Shown piece by piece: positions 48,301 to 61,100 of a stretch of DNA of 64,000 bases (position 1 is the stretch's first letter; each line of letters opens with the position of its first letter). The notes under the pieces are model-generated. The model was not told the DNA's origin and made no database searches. It saw only the letters and a list, made by a program, of their open reading frames with translations. Position numbers and translations under genes: made by a program. The DNA comes from Amphiscolops sp. MND2022 (Eukaryota): positions 87,918,001 to 87,982,000 of the forward strand of contig OZ076409.1 in assembly GCA_964187785.1 (NCBI GenBank), given 5' to 3'.

Positions 48301-51300
48301 AGCAAGTTTGGAGTGATTCGAATTACTCAAAACTTGCTTGAATTTCAACATTTTCAAAGATCTAGATCTGCATTTTTGAAGTACTGTATTTTATGCATGA
48401 TACACGATGATCGATCTACAACCTTATACAAAGCAGCAAATTAACCTCTTTTCTAGCAGTGAACTTCCACGATGGATTTTTGTATCGCAGAAATGGTCCC
48501 TTCGTCGCCGGGAAAAGATTGGTCTTTCCTCTATCATCGCTGATGAATCCTTAAAAAATAGGTTCACATGAGACATGCTATGTTTATATGCTACGTAATC
48601 AAGATTTAAATTCAATGTAACTTTACTTGAAACTGTCATAGGAATGTTCTCTCTGTAGTTTTCGACACCTGTTTGTCGCTGAGAGGCTTCGTATGAATTT
48701 CTCTCCCTCAGAACTGAATCGAGTCGTTTGACAGCCGAACTCACTTTGCCTACTTGAATAGACGCCAACTGATTGTCCGCCTGGCCACCTTTCACTGCTT
48801 GGCTCTGAAGTCAAAATCAAAACGAAAATGAAACCACACTGCAACTTGAATCAATCGTCCAATGTTTCCGTCAAAGTTTTTCCAATAAAAATAAAAAATG
48901 GACAAGGGTTACAGGACGTTTGCTACTAGGTAGTTTGCCCGTAGTTGCAAATGTCCTAGTAGCATTTTGCATGTACTCGCAAATGCCCTGGTAGCAAATA
49001 TCCTAGGAGCAAATTGCATAGTAGCAAATGTCCGCACACCGTTGACAGGATAGGCAGAAAAGCATACTCTGTAAGCGTAATTACAAAGGGTCCTTGGTAC
49101 TGATTGAACCCAAAAACTAGACACCCTATGTCTTGAAAATTCATCCGAAACGATAGTCAAAGGTATTAAACAAAACCTCCGCGTACAGAACCCCAAAACA
49201 TGCGGAAAACTCAACTTTAATGGGATGGAATCTGCTTCACAATTCGGTAAAGTGCGATACTTGACGTGTGCTAAAATGCGCTAAATTTTAAAAGTGACAC
49301 TTGAGCATTCCGAGGATCAATTATTTCAGGTGACATGCCCGTACTGACACTCCAGTGGACTTAAGTCCTTACCAGGACAACTCAAGGATTCCAAGTCCTT
49401 GACAGCATAACTCAAGGATTCCAAGGACTGCCAAGGATTTCCCCAGTTTTCGAAAATTTCGCAAGTTCTTACCAGTCCTGGTGCAGTCCTTAGCAGTCCT
49501 TGAGAAACTTCGATGAAAAATTCGAAGTTGCATAATGGGCGCGGCCATTTTGAATTTGAGTAGGAAAAACTTAGTTGCTTGTACTTCGTATCAATTATGC
49601 CCAATGAGGGCTGGGTTATTGTCAGAATAAGTGTTCCGGTACTATTCCCATAGTCGAGACTATGTCTGGGCTCAATAGTGCCGGATATAATGATAGAAAT
49701 TGGGGTTTTCCCAAAATGCATTGATTTTAGATTAATTTCCATCCTGAAATTTTAGATCTTATTCCCTTCAGATCTTATTCCTTTCAGAGAAGGGGAATAA
49801 AATCTAAAATGCATTGATTTTAGATCTTATTCCCTTCAAAAATTATTCTTTAGATCTTATTCCCCTTCTCTGAAGGGAGCAAGATTAAAATCATGATTTT
49901 AGATCTTATTCCATTCAAAAATTATTCTTTAGATCTTATTCCCCTTCTCTGAAGGGAGCAAGATTAAAATCCTGATTTTAGATCTTATTCCATTCAGAGA
50001 AGGGGAATAAGATCTAAAATGCATTGATTTTAGATCTAATACCCTTCAGAAATTATTCTTTAGAGAAGGGGAATAAGATCTAAAATGCATTGATTTTAGA
50101 TCTTATTCCCTTCAGAAATTATTCTTTACAGAACGAGAATAAGATCTAAAATGCATTGATTTTAGATCTTATTTCGGTCCTGAAATTTTATATTTTATTC
50201 CTTTCAGAGAAGGGGAATAAGATCTAAAATGCATTGATTTTAGATCTTATTCCCTTAAGAAATTATTCTTTAGATCTTATTCCCCTTCTCTGAAGGGAGC
50301 AAGATTAAAATCATGATTTTAGATCTTATTCCATTCAGAGAAGAAGAAGATCTAAAATGCATTGATTTTAGATCTTATTCCCTTCAGAAATTATTCTTTG
50401 GAGAAGGGGAATAAGATCTAAAATGCATTGATTTTAGATCTTATTCCCTTCAGAAATTATTCTTTACAGAAGGAAAATAAGATCTAAAATGCATTGATTT
50501 TAGATCTTACTTCGGTCCTGAAATTTTATATCTTATTCCTTTCAGAGAAGGGGAATAAGATCTAAAATGCATTGATTTTAGATCTTACTTCGGTCCTGAA
50601 ATTTTATATCTTATTCCTTTCAGAGAAGGGGAATAAGATCTAAAATGCATTGATTTTAGATCTTATTCCCCTTCTCTGAAGTTTTTTTTCTTATTATTCT
50701 ACCTTTATCAGATATCATGGATCTTCGTCATCAATCAAGTGCCATGTGTATCATCATGTGTATCATCATGATTTTAGATCTTATTCCCTTCAGAAATTAT
50801 TCTTTAGAGAAGGAGAATAAGATCTAAAATGCATTGAACTTAGATCTTATTTCCGTCCTGAAATTTTAGATCTTATTGCCTTCAGATCTTATTCCTTTCA
50901 GACAAGGGGAATAAGACCTAAAATGCAGTTGATTTTAGATCTTATTCCCTTCAGAAATTATTCTTTAGAGAAGATGAATAAGATCTAAAATGCGTTGATT
51001 TTAGATACTAATCCCTTCAGAAATTGTGGCACCTTGCCTATCTTCCTGACTGCCCATGCTTCAACTCGGGCTAATTCCATTTTGTAAAAACCCACCCTTT
51101 TAACATGGTTCCAGTTTGCACTGTCCTTTATTTCAGTCTATATTTCATAGCCAAGACTATAAAACAGATATTTTCGAGGTCCTGATCTGCTTTTTTGACG
51201 GACTCAGAGAGACATTCAACGTGATTTTTGTGCTCATTGATTTGTTGTATTATTGTGAAAGAGCTTTTTTGACACCTGTTTGTTGGTAGCGCTGCCAGTG

Positions 51301-54300
51301 TCAACTGTTCATCAGTTGGCGAGCCAAGACTTTAAAAACTGTTATTTCCGAGGTCCTGATCCGCTTTTTTGATGGATTTCGAGAGAAATCCAACATGGTT
51401 TTTGTGATCATTCATTTGATGTGTGTTTATTTGAATGGTGCTTTTTTGATGCACCTGCTCGTTAGTAGTAGTGCTAATGTCAACTGTTTCTCAATTGGTC
51501 AGCCAAAACTATAAAAAACAGATTTTTTTTGAGGTTCTAATCTGAATATGAGGACCTGATGTTTCTTTGATGGACTCAGAGAGACATTCAACTTTGTTTT
51601 CGTGCTCATTCATTTGATGGTTCATTGTGAATGGAGCTATTTCATGCACCTGCTTGTTGGTATCCCTGCCAGTGTCGACTGTTTTTCAGTTGGCCAGCCA
51701 AGACTATAAAATCGGATATTTTTGAGGTCCTGATCTGCTTTTTTGATGTACTTCGAGAGACATTCAACATAGTTTTTGCGATTATTCATATGATGGTTCA
51801 TTGTGGATGGGGCTTTTTTCATGCACCTGCTCGTTGGTAGCCCTGCCAGTGTCGACTGTTTTTCAGTTGGCCAGCCAAGACTATAAAAACGGATATTTTC
51901 GATGTCCTGATCTGCTTTTTTGATGGACCTCGAGAGACATCCAACATGGTTTTTGACATCATTCAATTGATGTTTTATTGTGAATGGGGCTTTTTTCATG
52001 CACCTGCTCGTTGGTAGCCCTGTATGTGTCGACTGTTTTTCAGTTTGCGAGCCAAGACTATAAAATTGGATATTTTCGATGTCCTGATCTGCTTTTTTGA
52101 TGGATTTCGAGAGACATCCAACATGGTTTTTGTGATCATTCATTTGATGTGTTTTTTTGGATGGTACTTTTTATTGCACCTGCTCGTTAGTACAAGTGCT
52201 ATTGTCGACTGTTCCTCAATTGGCCAGCCAAAACTGTAAAAAAAAACCAGTTTTTTTGAGGTTCCGATCTGAATATGAGGACCTGATCTGTTTCTTTGAT
52301 GGACTCAGAGAGACATTGAACTTGGATTTCGTGCTCATCCATTTGATGTGATATTGTTAATGGTTTTTTTGTACCTTCTCGGCGGTATCCCTGCCAGTGT
52401 CGACTGTTTTTCAGTTGGCCAGCCAAGACTATAAAATCGGATATTTTTGAGGTCCTGATCTGCTTTTTTGATGTACTTCGAGAGACATTCAACATAGTTT
52501 TTGCGATTATTCATATGATGGTTCATTGTGGATGGGGCTTTTTTCATGCACCTGCTCGTTGGTAGCCCTGCCAGTGTCGACTGTTTTTCAGTTGGCCAGC
52601 CAAGACTATAAAAACGGATATTTTCGATGTCCTGATCTGCTTTTTTGATGGACCTCGAGAGACATCCAACATGGTTTTTGACATCATTCAATTGATGTTT
52701 TATTGTGAATGGGGCTTTTTTCATGCACCTGCTCGTTGGTAGCCCTGTATGTGTCGACTGTTTTTCAGTTTGCGAGCCAAGACTATAAAATTGGATATTT
52801 TCGATGTCCTGATCTGCTTTTTTGATGGATTTCGAGAGACATCCAACATGGTTTTTGTGATCATTCATTTGATGTGTTTTTTTGGATGGTACTTTTTATT
52901 GCACCTGCTCGTTAGTACAAGTGCTATTGTCGACTGTTCCTCAATTGGCCAGCCAAAACTGTAAAAAAACCAGTTTTTTTGAGGTTCCGATCTGAATATG
53001 AGGACCTGATCTGTTTCTTTGATGGACTCAGAGAGACATTGAACTTGGATTTCGTGCTCATCCATTTGATGTGATATTGTTAATGGTTTTTTTGTACCTT
53101 CTCGGCGGTAGCCCTGCCAGTGTCGACTGTTTTTCAGTTTGCGAGCCAAGACTATAGAATGATATTTTCGAGGTCCTGATCTGCTTTTTTATGGACTTCG
53201 AGAGACATCCAACATGGTTTTTGACCTCATTCATTTGATGTATTATTATGAATGGTGCTTTTTATGCAGGTGCTTGTTGGTAGCCCCGCCAGTGTTGACT
53301 GTTTCTCATTCGACCAGCCAAGACTATAAAAACAGATATTTTCGATGCCTGATCTGCTTTTTTGATGGACTTCGAGAGACATCCAACATGGTTTTTGACC
53401 TCATTCATTTGATGTATTATTGTGAATGGTGCTTTTTTAATGCAGTTGCTTGTTGGTAGCCCTGCCAGTGTCGACTGTTTTTCAGTTGGCCAGCCAAGAC
53501 TATAGAAACAGATATTTTCGAGGTCCTGATCTGCTTTTTTGATAGATGTCCGAGAGACTTCCAACATGGTTTTTGACCTTCTTCATTTGCTGTATTATTG
53601 TGAATGGTGCTATTTTGCAGGTGCTTGTTGGTAGCCCCGCCAGTGTTGACTGTTTCTCATTTGGCCAGCCAAGACTATAAAAACAAATATTTTCGAGGTC
53701 CTGATTTCCTTTTTTATGGACTTCGAGAGACATCCAACATGGTTTTTGACATCATTCACTTAATGTTTTATTGTGAATGGGCCTTTTTTCATGCACCTGC
53801 TCGTTGGTAGCCCTGTATGTGTCGACTGTTTTTCAGTTTGCGAGCCAAGACTATAGAATCAGATATTTTCGATGTCCTGATCTGCTTTTTTGATGGACTT
53901 CGAGAGACATCCAACATGGTTTTTGACCTCATTCATTTGATGTATTATTGTGAATGGTGCTTTTTTATGCAGGTGCTTGTTGGTGGCCCCGCCAGTGTTG
54001 ACTGTTTCTCATTTGGCCAGCCAAGACTATAAAAACAGATATTTTCGAGGTCCTGATCTGCTTTTTTGATGGACCTCGAGATGCATCCAACATGGTTTTT
54101 GACATCATTCATTTGACGTTTTATTGTGAATGGGCCTTTTTCCATGCACCTGCTCGTTGGTAGCCCTGTCTGTGTAAACTGTTTTTCAGTTTGCGAGCCA
54201 AGACTATAGAATCAGATATTTTCGAGGTCCTGATCTGCTTTTTTGATGGACTTCGAGAGACATCCAACATGGTTTTTGACCTCATTCATTTGTAGTATTA

Positions 54301-56053
54301 TTGTGAATGGTGCTTTTTTATGCAGGTGCTTGTTGGTAGCCCTGCCAGTATCGACTTTTTCTCGACAGTTTGCCCAGCGAAATTAATTAAAAACAAGTAT
54401 TTTTGAAATCATTTTATGATTATTCGAGAGAGACTATTTTTCACGATTTTCGTAAGGTAACATACTGAAAAAAACTTCTTTCCGCACCCAATTACAGTTA
54501 TTCCAACTATATTTAGCACCTATTTGGCCCTTATAAGCCCTGAATTGGTTTTGGATTTTTTCTGTGTTCCAGTCCTGGGCAGCGTATCTCCAGGATTCCC
54601 CAGGACTGGTAAGGACTGGTCCAGGACTTGTAATGCTAAAAGTGGCACTTGTAAGGACTGGTCCAGAACTTGACAAGTCCTTACCAGTCCTTGGGAATCC
54701 TTGGCAGTCCTGGAATTCAAAATTTTGTCAATACGGGTGAATAAAAGTACCTGGGTATTTTTATCAGCCGTCGATTGCCCATTGGTGGTCTGCGGATGCC
54801 TGCTATTACTTTTATTTGAAGCCAGTCCATCACTGGAGTCACTTACGCCCACGACAATTCCAACATTACCTTTCTTCATCAAAATGTCATTCAACTTTTG
54901 ATGCTGTTGCTCTAGAATTTTTGCTTTTTCCTAAACAAATATACACAAACACACAGCTGATATCAATCAAGAGATCAAATGTCAAAAAAGGACTTTTTGG
55001 ATAATTTCACTTCAAATCTATTTTCAAGGGTCATAAATTATCACCTGTTCACGCTTTACTGCTTCCGAAGGAGGCAAACTCGAAATGACCGAATCTCTGA
55101 ATTCGACGTCATAATTGTCAGAGGACCAAGAATGGGCTTGTCTTTTTTTGTCACCACCATCAGCAGGTTGAACCACAGATTTGGATTTATGGTTTCTTGA
55201 GGACTCTCTTCTCACCGGTTTCTCAACTGGGGTTTGTTTCAGTAAAGAATTCCGTTTCAACAACCTGAAAAAAGTTTTCAGTTTTGGAATAAAAAGGTTC
55301 AGTTTTTGGGAAAACTCCTCAAAAAGTACACGAAGCAAAAGGAAAAGAGACCACATTTAAGGCTCCGTATTTGGTTTTAACCATGAAACAACATATGTCA
55401 TGAAAAATAATAAGAACATGAAATATTTTGCACTGATTTCAAATGAAAATGAAATATTTCGTTTTCATTTGAAATCAGTGCAAAATATTTTATATTCTTA
55501 TTTTTATATTTTTCTTTTAATATTTTCTTATATATTTTTTTGATATTCGCAAAACTTTAGTAGAAGCCATTAAAAATTGATGGATTCTTTTTAAAAAAAA
55601 AACTACTTCACATTCCACAAAACGTCAAAAAACTTTTTGAGATGGAGTAACCTGATTGCTTCTTCGTGAGACTGTGCCTCTTTTTGTGCAGCCAAGTCTT
55701 TGTGGAACATGTTTTTCCTGCTGGCAGAAATAGTTTCAGTGCCCCCGGCAAACGCAACTGGCGGTGCAACTTTCTCCAGGAATGACAAAGATATTGCACC
55801 TGTATCACCTGCATTTTCGCCACTTTTCGATGAAGACGCAACAAACTGATTGCCCCCCTTGTGAACAAGGGAAGGAAGAGGCGGAGGTGGCGGGGGCTCA
55901 GGGGGTAAAATTGGGGGAGGCGGATGAGTGACGTCAAGACGGATACCGGTTTCTGAGTCAGCCTCAAAAGCTCGATCATCATCCAACCTCATTGGGTCTA
56001 CCGATGATGACATTGTTATAGGATCTGATTGTCTAGTTTTTGTCAAATTTCGC
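39345..56053 (-). CDS. MYO15: Unconventional myosin-XV, tail-encoding exons (Pro-rich linker, FERM, SH3, MyTH4, FERM); 5' exons and last exon not located
   Basis: GT-AG exons (approx.): 56053-55652, 55264-55045, ~54903-54751, 48804-48627, 48549-48446, 48233-47716, 47431-47146, 45668-45572, 45503-45286, 44802-44720, 44558-44158, 43626-43466, 42268-42129, 41010-40862, 40198-40080, 39476-39345. Motifs WKFTARKE-MFSP, WKLYFSRFYP, SMLEFATIYFR, RFVGD, DEIYCQFIKQTT, KTFKYGGRRELP, RSCKRQCFLLPG and AYLLDV match the MYO15 tail as I recall it. Confidence 0.9.
39552..39887. mobile_element. hAT-type MITE
   Basis: TIR CAGTGAATTGT/ACAATTCACTG; perfect 8-bp TSD CTTGAAGT (39544-39551, 39888-39895); subterminal ATACACG repeats. 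Confidence 0.9.
41673..42091 (-). mobile_element. Short Helentron/HINE-like element
   Basis: Homologous to 62055-62630; subTIR GCGCCGACT at 42081-42089. Confidence 0.7.
42543..43150 (+). mobile_element. Short Helentron/HINE-like element, opposite orientation
   Basis: T-run then AGTCGTCGC ... GCGCCGACT, then hairpin GCCGgtccCGGC, then TTGTTTTT. Confidence 0.75.
43266..43383 (+). mobile_element. tRNA-derived SINE-like repeat (Pol III A/B boxes)
   Basis: A box TGGCGCAGTTGG (43274-43285); B box GGTTCGAACCC (43315-43325); anticodon-like stem GTCTGC-ttg-GCAGAC. The D-arm and acceptor stem are incomplete, so this is not an intact tRNA. Confidence 0.6.
44158..44558 (-). CDS. MYO15: Myosin-XV exon, MyTH4 end and second FERM start
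   Basis: YWKLFALLAAYYPCSNQLKPYLFRYL...KTFKYGGRRELP. Confidence 0.92.
44860..45258 (-). mobile_element. Degenerate copy of the short HINE-like family
   Basis: Ends CACTATAAAAGTCGAGTTTCATTTCATAAAGCGCCCACTA, like 62590-62629. Confidence 0.55.
45975..46517. mobile_element. piggyBac-like MITE
   Basis: TTAA-CCCTAAATGGAC ... GTCCATTTAGGG-TTAC; a lone matching end also occurs at ~43837. Confidence 0.7.
46794..47123. mobile_element. MITE with ~34-bp TIRs (CCC...GGG)
   Basis: CCCTGCATGCAGGGCTGCAGCATGTAAAAAGTTG and its inverse at 47090-47123 (1 mismatch); flanks TG/TA. Confidence 0.8.
47146..47431 (-). CDS. MYO15: Myosin-XV exon, SH3 domain
   Basis: YVRA...ELQFKKEDLIRVV...GEIRGITGQVPKSKV; the donor position is approximate. 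Confidence 0.85.
47716..48233 (-). CDS. MYO15: Myosin-XV exon, first FERM-like domain
   Basis: MFSPCEKIDNPRFKALIFHQVIGD...WKLYFSRFYP...IALSHSSLKLV; canonical splice sites. Confidence 0.9.
49745..51025. repeat. Palindromic tandem repeat, ~66-bp basic unit
   Basis: GGGAATAAGATCTAAAAT-gcattg-ATTTTAGATCTTATTCCC and variants recur at 50011, 50077, 50143, 50221 and onward. Confidence 0.9.
51140..54360. repeat. Satellite, ~177-bp monomer, with 725-bp tetramer duplication
   Basis: AGCCAAGACTATAAAA and variants at 51149, 51322, 51501, 51696, 51873, 52050 and onward; identical ORFs 52024/52749 are offset by 725 bp. Confidence 0.93.
55409..55502. repeat. 94-bp near-perfect palindrome in a myosin intron
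   Basis: 47-bp arms, 44/47 complementary, no spacer (centre 55455/55456). Confidence 0.9.
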
Positions 56054-56774
56054 CTGAAACAGAAAGAACACATTGTTCATAATTGTAACATTTCTAGTTT
56101 TTTGATCTAATTTTTCCATTTTTCACAAAAAAAATCACGCTGATGAGTGAAACATTATCTCGAGCAAGAATTTAATGAAAGTTTTTTTTTAGTTTTGAAC
56201 GACCAGAAAATTGAAAATATATTTGTATATCTTGCTTGTATAATTCGAAAGTTGAAAAATTGAGGTTTCGGAGATAATTTTTGCTACAAAATCAGGTAAA
56301 TAGAATAAACAGAGGAGGATAATGCGAAAATTGCCTAATGGACTTCAAAACCCACAAATTGACTCAAACACGAGTTAATCCTGGATAAGATAAAATTAAG
56401 ACTTGAAAAACGTATTGTTTCCTGACAAGCACGTTCATTCAATTTCAGACAGCTTTTTCGATTATATTTGAAAAAAACAACAGGAAAGCATAAGTAAAGA
56501 AAAAATGAAAATACTTTTGGGGAGCTTTTTAAAAGCCGTTAAATGGATTGTTCTTTACAGCACAAAACCAAACATTAGCAGAGCAGGTGACAATTCTTGA
56601 AGTTCGAAGCATTAATTTCAAAAGAAATAGAAGAAACTCAATTTGCATGGGCAATATGTGATTAGAATTCGTTGGACAAAAAGAAATTGATCAAAATATC
56701 CCCCAAAAAATTCGTGGGACAAAAAGAAATTGATCAAAATACAATTTTCGACATAGTTTAGGCAATTTTGCACA

Positions 56775-57559
56775 CCCAGCGATCGAAGACACGCTACGCT
56801 TGCCAAGATCATGGTTAATCTTTCTAAATCATGGTTAACCATGGTACCCTTGTCAAGATCATGGTTAATCATGATACATGGAACGCTTGTCAAGATCATG
56901 GCAAGAACATGGCAAGATAACCATGGTAAGAAATGTGAGCTGTTTCCAAGTGTATAATTTATTCTTTTCATAAAAATTTCTTGTCGTCTCCAATTTCTGA
57001 ATAAACCGTTGTGATAACTTCGGACATAGCCTTTATTAATCGAAAAAAGTTTTTAAAACTGAAAAGTATACAACACTTCTCAATATTTTGCTGCACCTAT
57101 TGACCGAATTTTGTTACTTGAGAGCACGGCATTGCTACTCCTATCACAAATTATCATACAAAGCAAACTCTGAATCAAGTTATTGCAACTTGCAGGTTTG
57201 CAGTATCGGTGTGAAAACCAACTTTTCTAGCTATGATTTGTTAATCTTGCTAACACCTCACCTATTGAGGTAACGCGTTGAAATTACTGAAGTTCGAGAA
57301 TACAATAGAAACCGGTGCAATAAAAATAAATAGATTTAGAAAATAAGATTTACCAAAAAACGCATTTGCTACCATGGAATGCTTGTCAAGAACATGGTTA
57401 ATCTTGGCATCCTCACCAAGATCATGGTAAAACATGGTACGCTTGGCACGATCTTGCATAATCATGGTATCTTTGGCAAGATCTTGGTAAGATCTTGGCA
57501 AGGCTAGCAAGCGATTTACCATGGGTCTTGGCAAGCGTACCATGTCTTCGATCGTTGGG
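56775..57559. mobile_element. CMC/EnSpm-like MITE
   Basis: TIR CCCAGCGATCGAAGACAC.. and ..TGTCTTCGATCGTTGGG; 2-bp TSD CA; subterminal CAAGATCATGG repeats. Confidence 0.82.
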
Positions 57560-58155
57560 CAGTTTATGAACGTTTTTAAGGATCGAAACACCCTGAGAGT
57601 TCAACAACGAACCAACTAGCTGTTATGTACGTTTTTACTGAGAGCAACCCGGCCTTTTCACTAAAAAACCTCAAAAAAAAACAAAAGAGCCAAAAGATCC
57701 ATTCTTTAAACCATTTAAAGCTAATTTTGTGAAGTTTCGAGCGTTTCGAAATATTAGAACAACCACAGATCTCGTATACTTTTATAAGGAGTAATTTGAT
57801 GTTTTCAATTGAAAAAGTTCTTTAAAATTAATCAAAAAACAAAAATTCATTAATTCACAAGTTTCAGGCAATTTTTGTGAAATTTCCACCTTATGAACAT
57901 CAACAGTTTCCATCACTGTTATAGAGTGTGAACAGTGCAAAAACAGACATATTTATAAACATGTTAGTAATACATGTCAAGAGCACTATAGACCATTTTA
58001 CATTCAATTGAAAATTGAAACATTGCTGTTGCCATTTACATTACATCTACATTTCGACATTTTACACATTGCATCATTCTTAATACATTCAACGTTTCTA
58101 TCTTCGAGACGAACTCTAACATGGCACTGCGAGCATCAATTTCATCATCGACAGC

Positions 58156-61100
58156 ATGCCCGTCGTCAACAAATTAATTAGTGGGGTTGCCCCTATTCTG
58201 GCACGAAGCCTCAAAGTCGCAGTCAATGGAATGGGAGAAATGGTGAGACCTGTTTGCAGTAGCAATGATAGCCAAGTATTCCATATCAATGAACGAATTG
58301 ACTAGAACGGTGGATGAGGCAAATCCAAGGGTAAAGTCACTTCCGGGGGAGATGACGGATGAAACGGCAAACAAGAAAGTGGTGAGCATGATGTTCCTGT
58401 AAGTGGGGGAAACTGGTCGGAAAATGTTCCGAGACAAGTACCCAGAAACATCAAGCTGGTCTTTTGCAAGCAACGGAGATGCTACAAAATTGTGAAAGTT
58501 TTCGAATTGAGAGGAACAAAACACTGGACAGACACCACTTTCTATCGCGAAAACAATTGCCAACGGAATCCCTGCAACAATTTTAGCATGCCTCAAACGG
58601 GTTGGCAGCAAGATGTGAATTGGGAGACATAACCCAACTCTTGTGCATGATGTATTCATTTTAAACTTGAATAACAAGAAGGTTAAAGATTGTGCGTGGA
58701 ACCTTTTGCAAACCCGCTAGATGCCTTGCAGTACGTGGAATCGTATGGTGAAGGAGTAAAAGACAGTGATCGAATAGTACGAGTGCTGCAGAGCAACCAA
58801 AGGCAATAAAAAGCGAGCCAGTGTTTGCAGTCGATAAACCCAATCGAAGGGAGTGTTATCGTGGTGGAGCCGAAAAATTTAATTGGGAACATTCAAAGAA
58901 AGGCCCGGCTAAAAATCATAATTGCGAGTTTTCTTCAAAAACGGGACATCTAGAAAAACGCTGTAACCAAAAGTATCCGCAACGTGAAAGAGACATGCAA
59001 CAAAGATTGAGAAATAAACGAAGGGAACCAAGAAGAATTAACGATGTGTCAGAAGAAGAAGACGAACTGGAAGACGACGAAATGGTGCTGCAGGTAGATG
59101 GCGAAAGAACGAACCTATTCATGATCGAACGGTTGCTGTGTGGCAATACATTTAAAGTAATCATTATTACAGGATCACCGGTGTCACTTTTTCCAATAAA
59201 TGAACTATAGAGAATTGTTGGGAAAAGACGAGTAGTGGTGAGAGAAATGATCGATAATGAACGTTACGTCGATTTTAACAAGAAGCTGTTACCTCTGCTG
59301 GGGTACATGTTTGTGAGTCTGCAAGTCAACGGGATCAGAGATTCAAAGACGGGAGTACTGGTGGCAAGGAGAGGCACAAAGCCAATAGTGCGCCGTGATT
59401 GGCTTACTGCTCTGCGATACAAAATCGTCCATTCAACAGAGGAAGGCGAGAATTCAATAAATTGTGTAACTGAAGAGAAAGTAAAACCTGAAGTTGGGCT
59501 AAGTGCGGAAAAAAGCGATTAAAGGGGGAATTCCCGGATCTATTTGAATTCAAGGTTGTGTAAACAATTACAAAAATCAAATAGACATGAAAAAAAGCGC
59601 GCGCGTCACTCAGCAAAAAGGCAGGCGCATTTCGATACAGTTACAAGAACAGGATGACAGAGAGATCAACAATTTCCTAGAAAAAGGGCACAGTGAAAGA
59701 GTTGATACTATAAAAGATGACGTGTTCATACAACCTGTAGTTGTAAAAAGGATGGGTCAGTTTAAATGGCCCTGGTTGCGAGAGCTTTGAACGAGTCTAT
59801 TGCAGAAGATAATATCAAATGCCCAACTTAGAAAATTTAATGGAAATGGTAGCTGAAAAAATTGAAGGACAAAAAGGCGAAGTTCTGTATTCATCGGTCG
59901 ATTCAAAATATCCCCACGGACAAGTTCCTTTACCTGAAAATACGGCGCGACAATGTAATTTTCAGATTATTGGAGGAAAATCCACCGGAACGTACCGCTT
60001 TTTAACAGGAGATTACGGGCTAACGATCAAGCCAACGGAATTTCAAAAAGCAATGGATCGGACACTCGTAATATTGACTGTACATTTGTATGTATAGACG
60101 ATATTTTAATTGTGACTAGAAGTAGTGAAGATGTACATTTGCAAAAAGTCACAGAAGTAATGAAAATATTAGATGAAGCGAATTTGCAACTGAAAGTAGA
60201 TAAATGTAATATAGCTTGTAAGAAGGTTGAGCGGCTTGGGTATGAATTATCGAGGAGTGGCATTTCCGGAGTAAACGGCAAAGTCCGAGGAATTGGTGAA
60301 AAATTAGGACCAACCAATTTAAAGAAACTTAGATCGTTCCTAGGACCAGTCAACCAGTTTAAAAATTTGTCCCAGACCTTGTCAGTATTTGCTTTCCTTT
60401 TAGATCAACTTTGAAGAAAGATAAGCCGTAGATTTGGACGGAACAGTACGAGGCGGCGTTTTTAAAAGTAAACCAAGAATTGAAGAAAATTACAGAATTG
60501 ACACATTTTAAGAGATAGACCAATTAGAATAATTTGCGATGCAAGCAAAAAGGGGTTAGTAGCAGTACTCCAGCAACAGCAAAGTAACCAAGATTGGAAA
60601 CCTGTGTCATTTGCATCTAGATTTTCAACTTAGTTCGAGTCCAAGTATTTCATCAACGAGCTTGAGTTGTTGGCCTTCATGTGGGCCATCGAACATTTTG
60701 AAAACTATGTGTATGGTATCAAATTTCAAGTCATTTCAGACCATAAAGCGTTGTCATCGGTTCACCGTAAACGTCATATCGAACTTTACTGCCATTTCGG
60801 GGGATACGGCGAAATGGAGGGTGACGTAGAAAGAGAAAATTTTGAAACGCGCAAAAGATTCAGTTTTGAAAGTTGAAAGTGAGAAAGACAGCAAAGCACC
60901 GGCAAGCGATGAGAAGCACGATATGCGACAGCCAATCAATTTGAAGCACTCTCGAGTTAAGAACAACGCGTCAGAAATCAGTGGTGCGTATAATCCTGTG
61001 AATATCAAAGTAAACAAATCGAGCACGAGTGTGGCAATAAAAAAATAAATGAAGCGTTCTTACCGGCTAAACACGAGGCCGAAAAACAATTGCAGAAAAT

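Larger units (their letters stand above)
49338..54737. mobile_element. Putative CMC/EnSpm-like non-autonomous TIR element carrying two satellite arrays
   Basis: CCCGTACTGACA (49338-49349) and TGTCAATACGGG (54726-54737); 2-bp TSD TG; shared GGACT/AGTCC subterminal repeats at both ends. Confidence 0.6.

Noticed and set aside
49745..51025. CRISPR-like array (palindromic repeats with spacers)
   Set aside because: The intervening segments are themselves repeated, the context is a eukaryotic intron, and there are no cas genes.
51631..54145. Repetitive ORFs up to 177 aa in the 177-bp satellite
   Set aside because: The monomer length is a multiple of 3, which gives spurious frames that are broken by indels.
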